Assembly: GCF_009914755.1 (NCBI RefSeq)
Contig: NC_060948.1
Direction: 5' to 3' (one strand)
Source of the DNA: the human T2T-CHM13v2.0 reference genome, Homo sapiens
DNA: 64,000 bases
Position 1 is the stretch's first letter. Each line of letters starts with the position of its first letter. Position numbers and translations under genes: made by a program. Below are positions 1-12,200 of this stretch, one piece after another. The notes below the pieces were generated by a model that did not search any database, was not told where the DNA came from, and saw only the letters and a list, made by a program, of their open reading frames with translations.

Positions 1-651
1 GGAATCGAATGAAATGGAGTCAAAAGGAATGGAATCGAATGGCAAGAAATCGAATGTAATGGAATCGCAAGGAATTGATGTGAACGGAACGGAATGGAAT
101 GGAATCCAAAGGAATGGAATAGAATGGAATGGAATCGAATGGAAAGGACTCGAATGGAAATCACTCGAATAGAATGCAATTTAATAAAATAGGATCAAAT
201 GTAATGGAATGGAATGGAAAGGAATCGAAACGAAAGGAATGGAGACAGATGGAATGGAATGGAACAGAGAGCAATGGTATAGAATGGAATGGAATCATCT
301 GGAATGGAATTGAATGGAATGGAATAATATGAAATGGAATGGAATGGAATGGAATGGAATGCCCTTGAATTAAATGGACTGGAATGGAATGGACTCGAAC
401 AGAGTGGAATGGAAAGTGTTGAGATAGAATGGAATGGACTCCTTTGGAATGGTGTAGTATGCAATGCAATCGACTGGCAGGGAATCAAAAGGAATGTAAT
501 GGAATGGATTGGACTGGAATGCAATGGACTCGAATAGATTGGAAACGGAATGCAAAGGAATGGAATGGAATAGTATGGAATGGAATGGAAAGGAATGGAG
601 TGGAATAGACTAGAGTGGAATGGAATGGACTGGAAAGCAATGGACTGGAAT

Positions 652-666
652 GGAACTTTCTTGAAT
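652..666. promoter_or_regulatory. Perfect 3-unit heat-shock element motif gGAAc-tTTCt-tGAAt (one per monomer, e.g. again at 4231)
   Basis: Seen: GGAACTTTCTTGAAT matches nGAAnnTTCnnGAAn. Function is inferred from the known binding of HSF1 to satellite III. Confidence 0.5.
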
Positions 667-2125
667 GGACTGGAATCAAACGGAATGGAATGCAATGCAA
701 TCAAATGGCATGGAATAAAATAGAATGAAAGAGAATCAAATGGAATTGAATCGAATGGAATCGAATGGATTGGAAAGGAATAGAATGGAATGGAATGGAA
801 TTCACTCAAATGGAATGGACTAGAATGGAATGGATTCGAATGGAAGGCAAAGGAATGGAATCTATTGGAATGGACTGTAATGGAATGGAATGGAAGGGAT
901 TGGAATGGACTCGAATGGAATGGACTGCAATAGAAAGGATTCGAATGGAATGAAAAAGAATTGAATGGAATAGAACAGAATGGAATCAAATCGAATGAAA
1001 TGGAATGGAATAGAAAGGAATGGAATGAAATGGAATGGAAAGGATTCGAATGGAATGCAATCGAATGGAATGGAATCGAACGGAATGGAATAAAATGGAA
1101 GAAAACTGGCAAGAAATGGAATCGAAATGAATGGAGTGTTATGGAACGGACTCAAAAGGAATTGAATGTAATAGAATGGAGTGGAGTGGACTCGAATATA
1201 ATGGACTGGAATGGAATGAAATCACAAGGAATGGGAACGAATGGAATGGAATGGAAAGGAATGGAATCGAATGGAAAGGAATCGAATGGAAGGGAATGAA
1301 ATTGAATCAACAGGAATGGAAGGGAATAGAATAGACGGTAATGGAATGGACTCGAATAGAATGGACACGAATGCTCAAATTGAATGGACTCGAATGGAAT
1401 GGAAACGAAAGGAATGTCATCGAATGGAATTGAATGGATTGGAATGAAATCGCATAGAATGGAGTGGAATCAAATGGAATTGAATCGAAAGGAAAGGAAG
1501 CGAATGGACTGAAATGAAATGGAATGGAATTGAATGGAAAGTAATGCAATGGAATAGAATGGAACGAAATTTCACGGAATGGAATCAAACTGAATGGAAT
1601 CAAATCAATGGAATCAAATCAAATGGAATGGAAAGGAATTGAATGGAGTAGATTGGATTGGATGGGATTGGAATGAAATGTACTGGAAAGGACTCGAATT
1701 TCATGAAACGGAATGGAATGAATTGGAACGGAATGGACTCGAATGGAATGGAATGTCATGGAATGGCATCAAATGGAATGGCATCAAATGGAATGGAATC
1801 GAATGCAATGGAATGCTATGGAATGGAATGGAATGCATTGGAATGGAATGTCCTCTAATGGAATGGATTCGAGTGGAATGGAATCGAATATAATGGAGTC
1901 GAATGAAATGGAATTGAAAGGAATGGGATCGAATACAATGGAATATACTGGAATGTAATGTAATGAACTCGAATGTAATTGACTGGAATGGAATGTACAT
2001 GAATGGAATGTAATCGAATGGAAAGTAATCCAATGGAATAGAATCTAATGCAATAAAATCGACTCAGATAGAGTAGAATGTAATGGAATGGAGTGCAGTG
2101 CAATGGAATGGAATGGAATGGAATG

Positions 2126-2200
2126 CAATGGAATGGAATGGAATGGAATGGAATGGAATGGAATGGAATGGAATGGGATGGAATGGGATGGAATGGTATG
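2126..2200 (+). repeat. Pure (GAATG)n microsatellite tract, copy-number variable between monomers
   Basis: There are 13 pentamers between CAATG and GTATG here, against 7 at 5704-5748. This tract accounts for most of the length differences among full-length monomers. Confidence 0.9.
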
Positions 2201-2924
2201 GAATGGATAGTAATGGACTGGAGTGAAATGGACTGGAAAGGAATGGACTCAAATTGAAAGGGCTCGAAAGGAATGGAGTCAAATGGAATGGTCTGGAATG
2301 GAATGAACACGAATGTAATGCAATCCAATAGAATGGAATCGAATGGCATGGAATATAAAGAAATGGAATCGAAGAGAATGGAAACAAATGGAATGGAATT
2401 GAATGGAATGGAATTGAATGGAATGGGAACGAATGGAGTGAAATTGTATGCAGTAGAAGGGAATAGAATGGAATGCAAGCGAAAGGAAAGGAATGGATTG
2501 GAATGGAATGGAATTCATTGGAATGGAAGGGAATGTAGTGTAATGGACAGGCCTGGAATAAAGTGGAATGCTACGGTCTCGAATGGAATAAAAATGTATG
2601 GAATGGAATGCAATGAAACGGAATCGAATGTCATAGAATGTAATGGAATGCAACAAAATGGAATCCAAAATCATTGACTGGAAAGGCTGGGTGTCGAAAG
2701 GAATTGACTCCAATGGAATGGAATCGAATGGAATGGAAGTGAATAGAATCGAACTAAATCGAATGGAATGGAATTGATAGGAACGGAATGGAAAGGAATG
2801 CAATGATTTGGCATGGAATGGAATCGAATGGCATCGAATGGAATGGAATGGAATGCAATGGAATGGAATGTATTAGAATGTAATGAACTTTAATGGAATG
2901 TACTCGAATGGATTCGACTGGAAT

Positions 2925-2939
2925 GGAATGTTCTGGAAG
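2925..2939. promoter_or_regulatory. Perfect 3-unit heat-shock element motif gGAAt-gTTCt-gGAAg (one per monomer, 375 bp after each HaeIII site)
   Basis: Seen: GGAATGTTCTGGAAG, a close match to the canonical HSF1 site, intact in the monomers inspected. Binding is inferred, not shown. Confidence 0.6.
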
Positions 2940-3204
2940 TGAATGGACTCCAATGGAATGGATTCCAAAGGAATGGAATCGTACGGAATGGAATCTAATG
3001 GAATGGAATTAAATGGAAATGAATCAAATTGAATAGCACGGAATTGAATTGAATGGAATGGAATGCAATGGAATCTAATGAAACGGAAAGGAAAGGAATG
3101 GAATGGAATGGAATGGGCTGGAATGGAAAGGAATCGAAACGAATGGAATGGAATCGAACTGAAGAGACTGGAATGGAATGCACTGGAATGGAAGGGAGTG
3201 TAAT

Positions 3205-3219
3205 GGAAGGTTCTCGAAA
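3205..3219. promoter_or_regulatory. Perfect 3-unit heat-shock element motif gGAAg-gTTCt-cGAAa (one per monomer, 655 bp after each HaeIII site)
   Basis: Seen: GGAAGGTTCTCGAAA matches nGAAnnTTCnnGAAn. Binding is inferred, not shown. Confidence 0.55.
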
Positions 3220-6200
3220 AAAATGGAATGGAATGGAATGGAATTGAATGGAACGGAATAGAGTCGAATGGAATTGAATGGAATGGAATGGACTAGAGTG
3301 AAATGGAATCGAACCACAAGGAATGGACAGGAATAGAATGGTCTCGAATTGAATGGAATCGTATGGAATGGCATCAAACGGAATGGAATGGACAGCCACG
3401 GAATGGAATGCACTCGAATGCAATGGAGTCGAAACTAATGGACTGGAATAGAATGGACTCGACTGGTACGGACTCCAATGGAATGGAATCGAATGGAAGG
3501 GAATCGAACGGAATGGACTCGAAGGGAAAAGACTGCAATGGAAAGGTCTCGAATGGAATGGAAATTAATGGAATGGAATGGAATCGAATGAAACGGAGTC
3601 AAAAGGAATGGAATCGAATGGCAAGAAATCGAATGTAATGGAATCGCAAGGAATTGATGTGAACGGAACGGAATGGAATGGAATCCAAAGGAATGGAACA
3701 GAATGTTATGGAATCGAATGGAAAGGACTCGAATGGAAATCACTCGAATAGAATGCAATTTAATAAAATAGGATCAAATGTAATGGAATGGAATGGAAAG
3801 GAATCGAAACGAAAGGAATGGAGACAGATGGAATGGAATGGAACAGAGAGCAATGGTATAGAATGGAATGGAATCATCTGGAATGGAATTGAATGGAATG
3901 GAATAATATGAAATGGAATGGAATGGAATGGAATGGAATGCCCTTGAATTAAATGGACTGGAATGGAATGGACTCGAACAGAGTGGAATGGAAAGTGTTG
4001 AGATAGAATGGAATGGACTCCTTTGGAATGGTGTAGTATGCAATGCAATCGACTGGCAGGGAATCAAAAGGAATGTAATCGAATGGAATGGACTGGAATG
4101 CAATGGACTCGAATAGATTGGAAACGGAATGCAAAGGAATGGAATGGAATAGTATGGAATGGAATGGAAAGGAATGGAGTGGAATAGACTAGAGTGGAAT
4201 GGAATGGACTGGAAAGCAATGGACTGGAATGGAACTTTCTTGAATGGACTGGAATCAAACGGAATGGAATGCAATGCAATCAAATGGCATGGAATAAAAT
4301 AGAATGAAAGAGAATCAAATGGAATTGAATCGAATGGAATCGAATGGATTGGAAAGGAATAGAATGGAATGGAATGGAATTGACTCAAATGGAATGGACT
4401 AGAATGGAATGGATTCGAATGGAAGGCAAAGGAATGGAATCTATTGGAATGGACTGTAATGGAATGGAATGGAAGGGATTGGAATGGACTCGAATGGAAT
4501 GGACTGCAATAGAAAGGATTCGAATGGAATGAAAAAGAATTGAATGGAATAGAACAGAATGGAATCAAATCGAATGAAATGGAATGGAATAGAAAGGAAT
4601 GGAATGAAATGGAATGGAAAGGATTCGAATGGAATGCAATCGAATGGAATGGAATCAAACGGAATGGAATAAAATGGAAGAAAACTGGCAAGAAATGGAA
4701 TCGAAATGAATGGAGTGTTATGGAACGGACTCAAAAGGAATTGAATGTAATAGAATGGAGTGGAGTGGACTCGAATATAATGGACTGGAATGGAATGAAA
4801 TCACATGGAATGGGAACGAATGGAATGGAATGGAAAGGAATGGAATCGAATGGAAAGGAATCGAATGGAAGGGAATGAAATTGAATCAACAGGAATGGAA
4901 GGGAATAGAATAGACGGTAATGGAATGGACTCGAATAGAATGGACACGAATGCTCAAATTGAATGGACTCGAATGGAATGGAAACGAAAGGAATGTCATC
5001 GAATGGAATTGAATCGATTGGAATGAAATCGCATAGAATGGAGTGGAATCAAATGGAATTGAATCGAAAGGAAAGGAAGCGAATGGACTGAAATGAAATG
5101 GAATGGAATTGAATGGAAAGTAATGCAATGGAATAGAATGGAACGAAATTTCACGGAATGGAATCAAACTGAATGGAATCAAATCAATGGAATCTAATCA
5201 AAGGAATGGAAAGGAATTGAATGGAGTAGATTGGATTGGATGGGATTGGAATGAAATGTACTGGAAAGGACTCGAATTTCATGAAACGGAATGGAATGAA
5301 TTGGAACGGAATGGACTCGAATGGAATGGAATGTCATGGAATGGCATCAAATGGAATGGCATCAAATGGAATGGAATCGAATGCAATGGAATGCTATGGA
5401 ATGGAATGGAATGCATTGGAATGGAATGTCCTCTAATGGAATGGATTCGAGTGGAATGGAATCGAATATAATGGAGTCGAATGAAATGGAATTGAAAGGA
5501 ATGGGATCGAATTCAATGGAATATACTGCAATGTAATGTAATGAACTCGAATGTAATTGACTGGAATGGAATGTACATGAATGGAATGTAATCGAATGGA
5601 AAGTAATCCAATGGAATAGAATCTAATGCAATAAAATCGACTCAGATAGAGTAGAATGTAATGGAATGGAGTGCAGTGCAATGGAATGGAATGGAATGGA
5701 ATGCAATGGAATGGAATGGAATGGAATGGAATGGGATGGAATGGTATGGAATGGATAGTAATGGACTGGAGTGAAATGGACTGGAAAGGTATGGACTCAA
5801 ATTGAAAGGGCTCGAAAGGAATGGAGTCAAATGGAATGGTCTGGAATGGAATGAACACGAATGTAATGCAATCCAATAGAATGGAATCGAATGGCATGGA
5901 ATATAAAGAAATGGAATCGAAGAGAATGGAAACAAATGGAATGGAAGTGAATGGAATGGAATTGAATGGAATGGGAACGAATGGAGTGAAATTTTATGCA
6001 GTAGAAGAGAATAGAATGGAATGCAAGCGAAAGGAAAGGAATGGATTGGAATGGAATGGAATTCATTGGAATGGAAGGGAATGTAGTGTAATGGACAGGC
6101 CTGGAATAAAGTGGAATGCTACGGTCTCGAATGGAATAAAAATGTATGGAATGGAATGCAATGAAACGGAATCGAATGTCATAGAATGTAATGGAATGCA

Positions 6201-9200
6201 AAAAAATGGAATCCAAAATCATTGACTGGAAAGGCTGGGTGTCGAAAGGAATTGACTCCAATGGAATGGAATCGAATGGAATGGAAGTGAATAGAATCGA
6301 ACTAAATCGAATGGAATGGAATTGATAGGAACGGAATGGAAAAGAATGCAATGATTTGGCATGGAATGGAATCGAATGGCATCGAATGGAATGGAATGGA
6401 ATGCAATGGAATGGAATGTATTAGAATGGAATGAACTTTAATGGAATGTACTCGAATGGATTCGACTGGAATGGAATGTTCTGGAAGTGAATGGACTCCA
6501 ATGGAATGGATTCAAAAGGAATGGAATCGTACGGAATGGAAACTAATGGAATGGAATTAAATGGAAATGAATCAAATTGAATAGCACGGAATTGAATTGA
6601 ATGGAATCGAATGCAATGGAATCTAATGAAACGGAAAGGAAAGGAATGGAATGGAATGGAATGGGCTGGAATGGAACGGAATCGAAACGAATGGAATGGA
6701 ATCGAACTGAAGAGACTGGAATGGAATGCACTGGAATGGAAGGGAGTGTAATGGAAGGTTCTCGAAAAAAATGGAATCGAATGGAATGGAATTGAATGGA
6801 ACGGAATAGAGTCGAATGGAATTGAATGGAATGGAATGGACTAGAGTGAAATGGAATCGAACCACAAGGAATGGACAGGAATAGAATGGTCTCGAATTGA
6901 ATGGAATCGTATGGAATGGCATCAAACGGAATGGAATGGACAGCCACGGAATGGAATGCACTCGAATGCAATGGAGTCGAAACTAAAGGACTGGAATAGA
7001 ATGGACTCGACTGGTACGGACTCCAATGGAATGGAATCGAATGGAAGGGAATCGATCGGAATGGACTCGAAGGGAAAAGACTGCAATGGAAAGGTCTCGA
7101 ATGGAATGGAAATTAATGGAATGGAATGGAATCGAATGAAATGGAGTCAAAAGGAATGGAATCGAATGGCAAGAAATCGAATGTAATGGAATCGCAAGGA
7201 ATTGATGTGAACGGAACGGAAAGGAATGGAATCCAAAGGAATGGAATAGAATGGAATGGAATCGAATGGAAAGGACTCGAATGGAAATCACTCGAATAGA
7301 ATGCAATTTAATAAAATAGGATCAAATGTAATGGAATGGAATGGAAAGGAATCGAAACGAAAGGAATGGAGACAGATGGAATGGAATGGAACAGAGAGCA
7401 ATGGTATAGAATGGAATGGAATCATCTGGAATGGAATTGAATGGAATGGAATAATATGAAATGGAATGGAATGGAATGGAATGGAATGCCCTTGAATTAA
7501 ATGGACTGGAATGGAATGGACTCGAACAGAGTGGAATGGAAAGTGTTGAAATAGAATGGAATGGACTCGTTTGGAATGGTCTAGTATGCAATGCAATCGA
7601 CTGGCAGGGAATCAAAAGGAATGTAATGGAATGGATTGGACTGGAATGCAATGGACTCGAATAGATTGGAAACGGAATACAAAGGAATGGAATGGAATAG
7701 TATGGAATGGAATGGAAAGGAATGGAGTGGAATAGACTAGAGTGGAATGGAATGGACTGGAAAGCAATGGACTGGAATGGAACTTTCTTGAATGGACTGG
7801 AATCAAACGGAATGGAATGCAATGCAATCAAATGGCATGGAATAAAATAGAATGAAAGAGAATCAAATGGAATTGAATCGAATGGAATCGAATGGATTGG
7901 AAAGGAATAGAATGGAATGGAATGGAATTGACTCAAATGGAATGGACTAGAATGGAATGGATTCGAATGGAAGGCAAAGGAATGGAATCTATTGGAATGG
8001 ACTGTAATGGAATGGAATGGAAGGGATTGGAATGGACTCGAATGGAATGGACTGCAATAGAAAGGATTCGAATGGAATGAAAAAGAATTGAATGGAATAG
8101 AACAGAATGGAATCAAATCGAATGAAATGGAATGGAATAGAAAGGAATGGAATGAAATGGAATGGAAAGGATTCGAATGGAATGCAATCGAATGGAATGG
8201 AATCGAACGGAATGGAATAAAATGGAAGAAAACTGGCAAGAAATGGAATCGAAATGAATGGAGTGTTATGGAACGGACTCAAAAGGAATTGAATGTAATA
8301 GAATGGAGTGGAGTGGACTCGAATATAATGGACTGGAATGGAATGAAATCACATGGAATGGGAACGAATGGAATGGAATGGAAAGGAATGGAATCGAATG
8401 GAAAGGAATCGAATGGAAGGGAATGAAATTGAATCAACAGGAATGGAAGGGAATAGAATAGACGGTAATGGAATGGACTCGAATAGAATGGACACGAATG
8501 CTCAAATTGAATGGACTCGAATGGAATGGAAACGAAAGGAATGTCATCGAATGGAATTGAATCGATTGGAATGAAATCGCATAGAATGGAGTGGAATCAA
8601 ATGGAATTGAATCGAAAGGAAAGGAAGCGAATGGACTGAAATGAAATGGAATGGAATTGAATGGAAAGTAATGCAATGGAATAGAATGGAACGAAATTTC
8701 ACGGAATGGGATCAAACTGAATGGAATCAAATCAATGGAATCAAATCAAATGGAATGGAAAGGAATTGAATGGAGTAGATTGGATTGGATGGGATTGGAA
8801 TGAAATGTACTGGAAAGGACTCGAATTTCATGAAACGGAATGGAATGAATTGGAACGGAATCGACTCGAATGGAATGGAATGTCATGGAATGGCATCAAA
8901 TGGAATGGCATCAAATGGAATGGAATCGAATGCAATGGAATGCTATGGAATGGAATGGAATGCATTGCAATGGAATGTCCTCTAATGGAATGGATTCGAG
9001 TGGAATGGAATCGAATATAATGGAGTCGAATGAAATGGAATTGAAAGGAATGGGATCGAATAGAATGGAATATACTGGAATGTAATGTAATGAACTCGAA
9101 TGTAATTGACTGGAATGGAATGTACATGAATGGAATGTAATCGAATGGAAAGTAATCCAATGGAATAGAATCTAATGCAATAAAACCGACTCAGATAGAG

Positions 9201-12200
9201 TAGAATGTAATGGAATGGAGTGCAGTGCAATGGAATGGAATGGAATGGAATGCAATGGAATGGAATGGAATGGAATGGAATGGAATGGAATGGAATGGAA
9301 TGGTGTGGAATGGATAGTAATGGACTGGAGTGAAATGGACTGGAAAGGAATGGACTCAAATTGAAAGGGCTCGAAAGGAATGGAGTCAAATGGAATGGTC
9401 TGGAATGGAATGAACACGAATGTAATGCAATCCAGTAGAATGGAATCGAATGGCATGGAATATAAAGAAATGGAATCGAAGAGAATGGAAACAAATGGAA
9501 TGGAATTGAATGGAATGGAATTGAATGGAATGGGAACGAATGGAGTGAAATTGTATGCTGTAGAAGAGAATAGAATGGAATGCAAGCGAAAGGAAAGGAA
9601 TGGATTAGAATGGAATGGAATTCATTGGAATGGAAGGGAATGTAGTGTAATGGACAGGCCTGGAATAAAGTGGAATGCTACGGTCTCGAATGGAATAAAA
9701 ATATATGGAATGGAATGCAATGAAACGGAATCGAATGTCATAGAATGTAATGGAATGCAAAGAAATGGAATCCAAAAACATTGACTGGAAAGGCTGGGTG
9801 TCGAAAGGAATTGACTCCAATGGAATGGAATCGAATGGAATGGAAGTGAATAGAATCGAACTAAATCGAATGGAATGGAATTGATAGGAACGGAATGGAA
9901 ATGAATGCAATGATTTGGCATGGAATGGAATCGAATGGCATCGAATGGAATGGAATGGAATGCAATGGAATGGAATGTATTAGAAAGTAATGAACTTTAA
10001 TGGAATGTACTCGAATGGATTCGACTGGAATGGAATGTTCTGGAAGTGAATGGACTCCAATGGAATGGATTCAAAAGGAATGGAATCGTACGGAATGGAA
10101 TCTAATGGAATGGAATTAAATGGAAATGAATCAAATTGAATAGCACGGAATTGAATTGAATGGAATCGAATGCAATGGAATCTAATGAAACGGAAAGGAA
10201 AGGAATGGAATGGAATGGAATGGGCTGGAATGGAAAGGAATCGAAACGAATGGAATGGAATCGAACTGAAGAGACTGGAATGGAATGCACTGGAATGGAA
10301 GGGAGTGTAATGGAAGGTTCTCGAAAAAAATGGAATCGAATGGAATGGAATTGAATGGAACGGAATAGAGTCGAATGGAATTGAATGGAATGGAATGGAC
10401 TAGAGTGAAATGGAATCGAACCACAAGGAATGGACAGGAATAGAATGGTCTCGAATTGAATGGAATCGTATGGAATGGCATCAAACGGAATGGAATGGAC
10501 AGCCACGGAATGGAATGCACTCGAATGCAATGGAGTCGAAACTAATGGACTGGAATAGAATGGACTCGACTGGTACGGACTCCAATGGAATGGAATCGAA
10601 TGGAAGGGAATCGAACGGAATGGACTCGAAGGGAAAAGACTGCAATGGAAAGGTCTCGAATGGAATGGAAATTAATGGAATGGAATGGAATCGAATGAAA
10701 TGGAGTCAAAAGGAATGGAATCGAATGGCAAGAAATCGAATGTAATGGAATCGCAAGGAATTGATGTGAATGGAGCGGAATGGAATGGAATCCAAAGGAA
10801 TGGAATCGAATGGAAAGGACTCGAATGGAAATCACTCGAATAGAATGCAATTTAATAAAATAGGATCAAATGTAATGGAATGGAATGGAAAGGAATCGAA
10901 ACGAAAGGAATGGAGACAGATGGAATGGAATGGAACAGAGAGCAATGGTATAGAATGGAATGGAATCATCTGGAATGGAATTGAATGGAATGGAATAATA
11001 TGAAATGGAATGGAATGGAATGCCCTTGAATTAAATGGACTGGAATGGAATGGACTCGAACAGAGTGGAATGGAAAGTGTTGAGATAGAATGGAATGGAC
11101 TCCTTTGGAATGGTGTAGTATGCAATGCAATCGACTAGCAGGGAATCAAAAGGAATGTAATGGAATGGATTGGACTGGAATGCAATGGACTCGAATAGAT
11201 TGGAAACGGAATGCAAAGGAATGCAATGGAATAGGATGGAATGGAATGGAAAGGAATGGAGTGGAATAGACTAGAGTGGAATGGAATGGACTGGAAAGCA
11301 ATGGACTGGAATGGAACTTTCTTGAATGGACTGGAATCAAACGGAATAGAATGCAATGCCATCAAATGGCATGGAATAAAATAGAATGAAAGAGAATCAA
11401 ATGGAATTGAATCGAATGGAATCGAATGGATTGGAAAGGAATAGAATGGAATGGAATGGAATTGACTCAAATGGAATGGATTCGAATGGAATGGATTCGA
11501 ATGGAAGGCAAAGGAATGGAATCTATTGGAATGGACTGTAATGGACTGTAATGGAATGGAATGGAAAGGATTGGAATGGACTCGAATGGAATGGACTGCA
11601 ATAGAAAGGATTCGAATGGAATTAAAAAGAACTGAATGGAATAGAACAGAATGGAATCAAATCGAATGAAATGGAATGGAATAGAAAGGAATGGAATGAA
11701 ATGGAATGGAAAGGATTCGAATGGAATGCAATCGAATGGAATGGAATCGAACGGAATGGAATAAAATGGAAGAAAACTGGCAAGAAATGGAATCGAAATG
11801 AATGGAGTGTTATGGAACGGACTCAAAAGGAATTGAATGTAATAGAATGGAGTGGAGTGGACTCGAATATAATGGACTGGAATGGAATGAAATCACATGG
11901 AATGGGAACGAATGGAATGGAATGGAAAGGAATGGAATCGAATGGAAAGGAATCGAATGGAAGGGAATGAAATTGAATGAACAGGAATGGAAGGGAATAG
12001 AATAGACGGTAATGGAATGGACTCGAATAGAATGGACACGAATGCTCAAATTGAATGGACTCGAATGGAATGGAAACGAAAGGAATGTCATCGAATGGAA
12101 TTGAATCGATTGGAATGAAATCGCATAGAATGGAGTGGAATCAAATGGAATTGAATCGAAAGGAAAGGAAGCGAATGGACTGAAATGAAATGGAATGGAA

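Larger units (their letters stand above)
2550..6097 (+). repeat. Representative full-length monomer (HaeIII GGCC to next GGCC), 3548 bp
   Basis: GGCC starts at 2550, 6098, 9657, 13201, 16760, 20334, 23892, 27466, 31025, 34594, (36655 mutated), 40239, 42300, 45904, 47965, 51544, 55122, 58705 and 62268. The same spacings are reproduced by the recurring 142-aa ORF coordinates (2995, 6543, 10102 and so on). Confidence 0.95.

Noticed and set aside
1695-1708. CGAATTTCATGAAA as a fourth heat-shock element
   Set aside because: The GAA-TTC spacing is 1 bp rather than 2, so only a two-unit TTCnnGAA remains.
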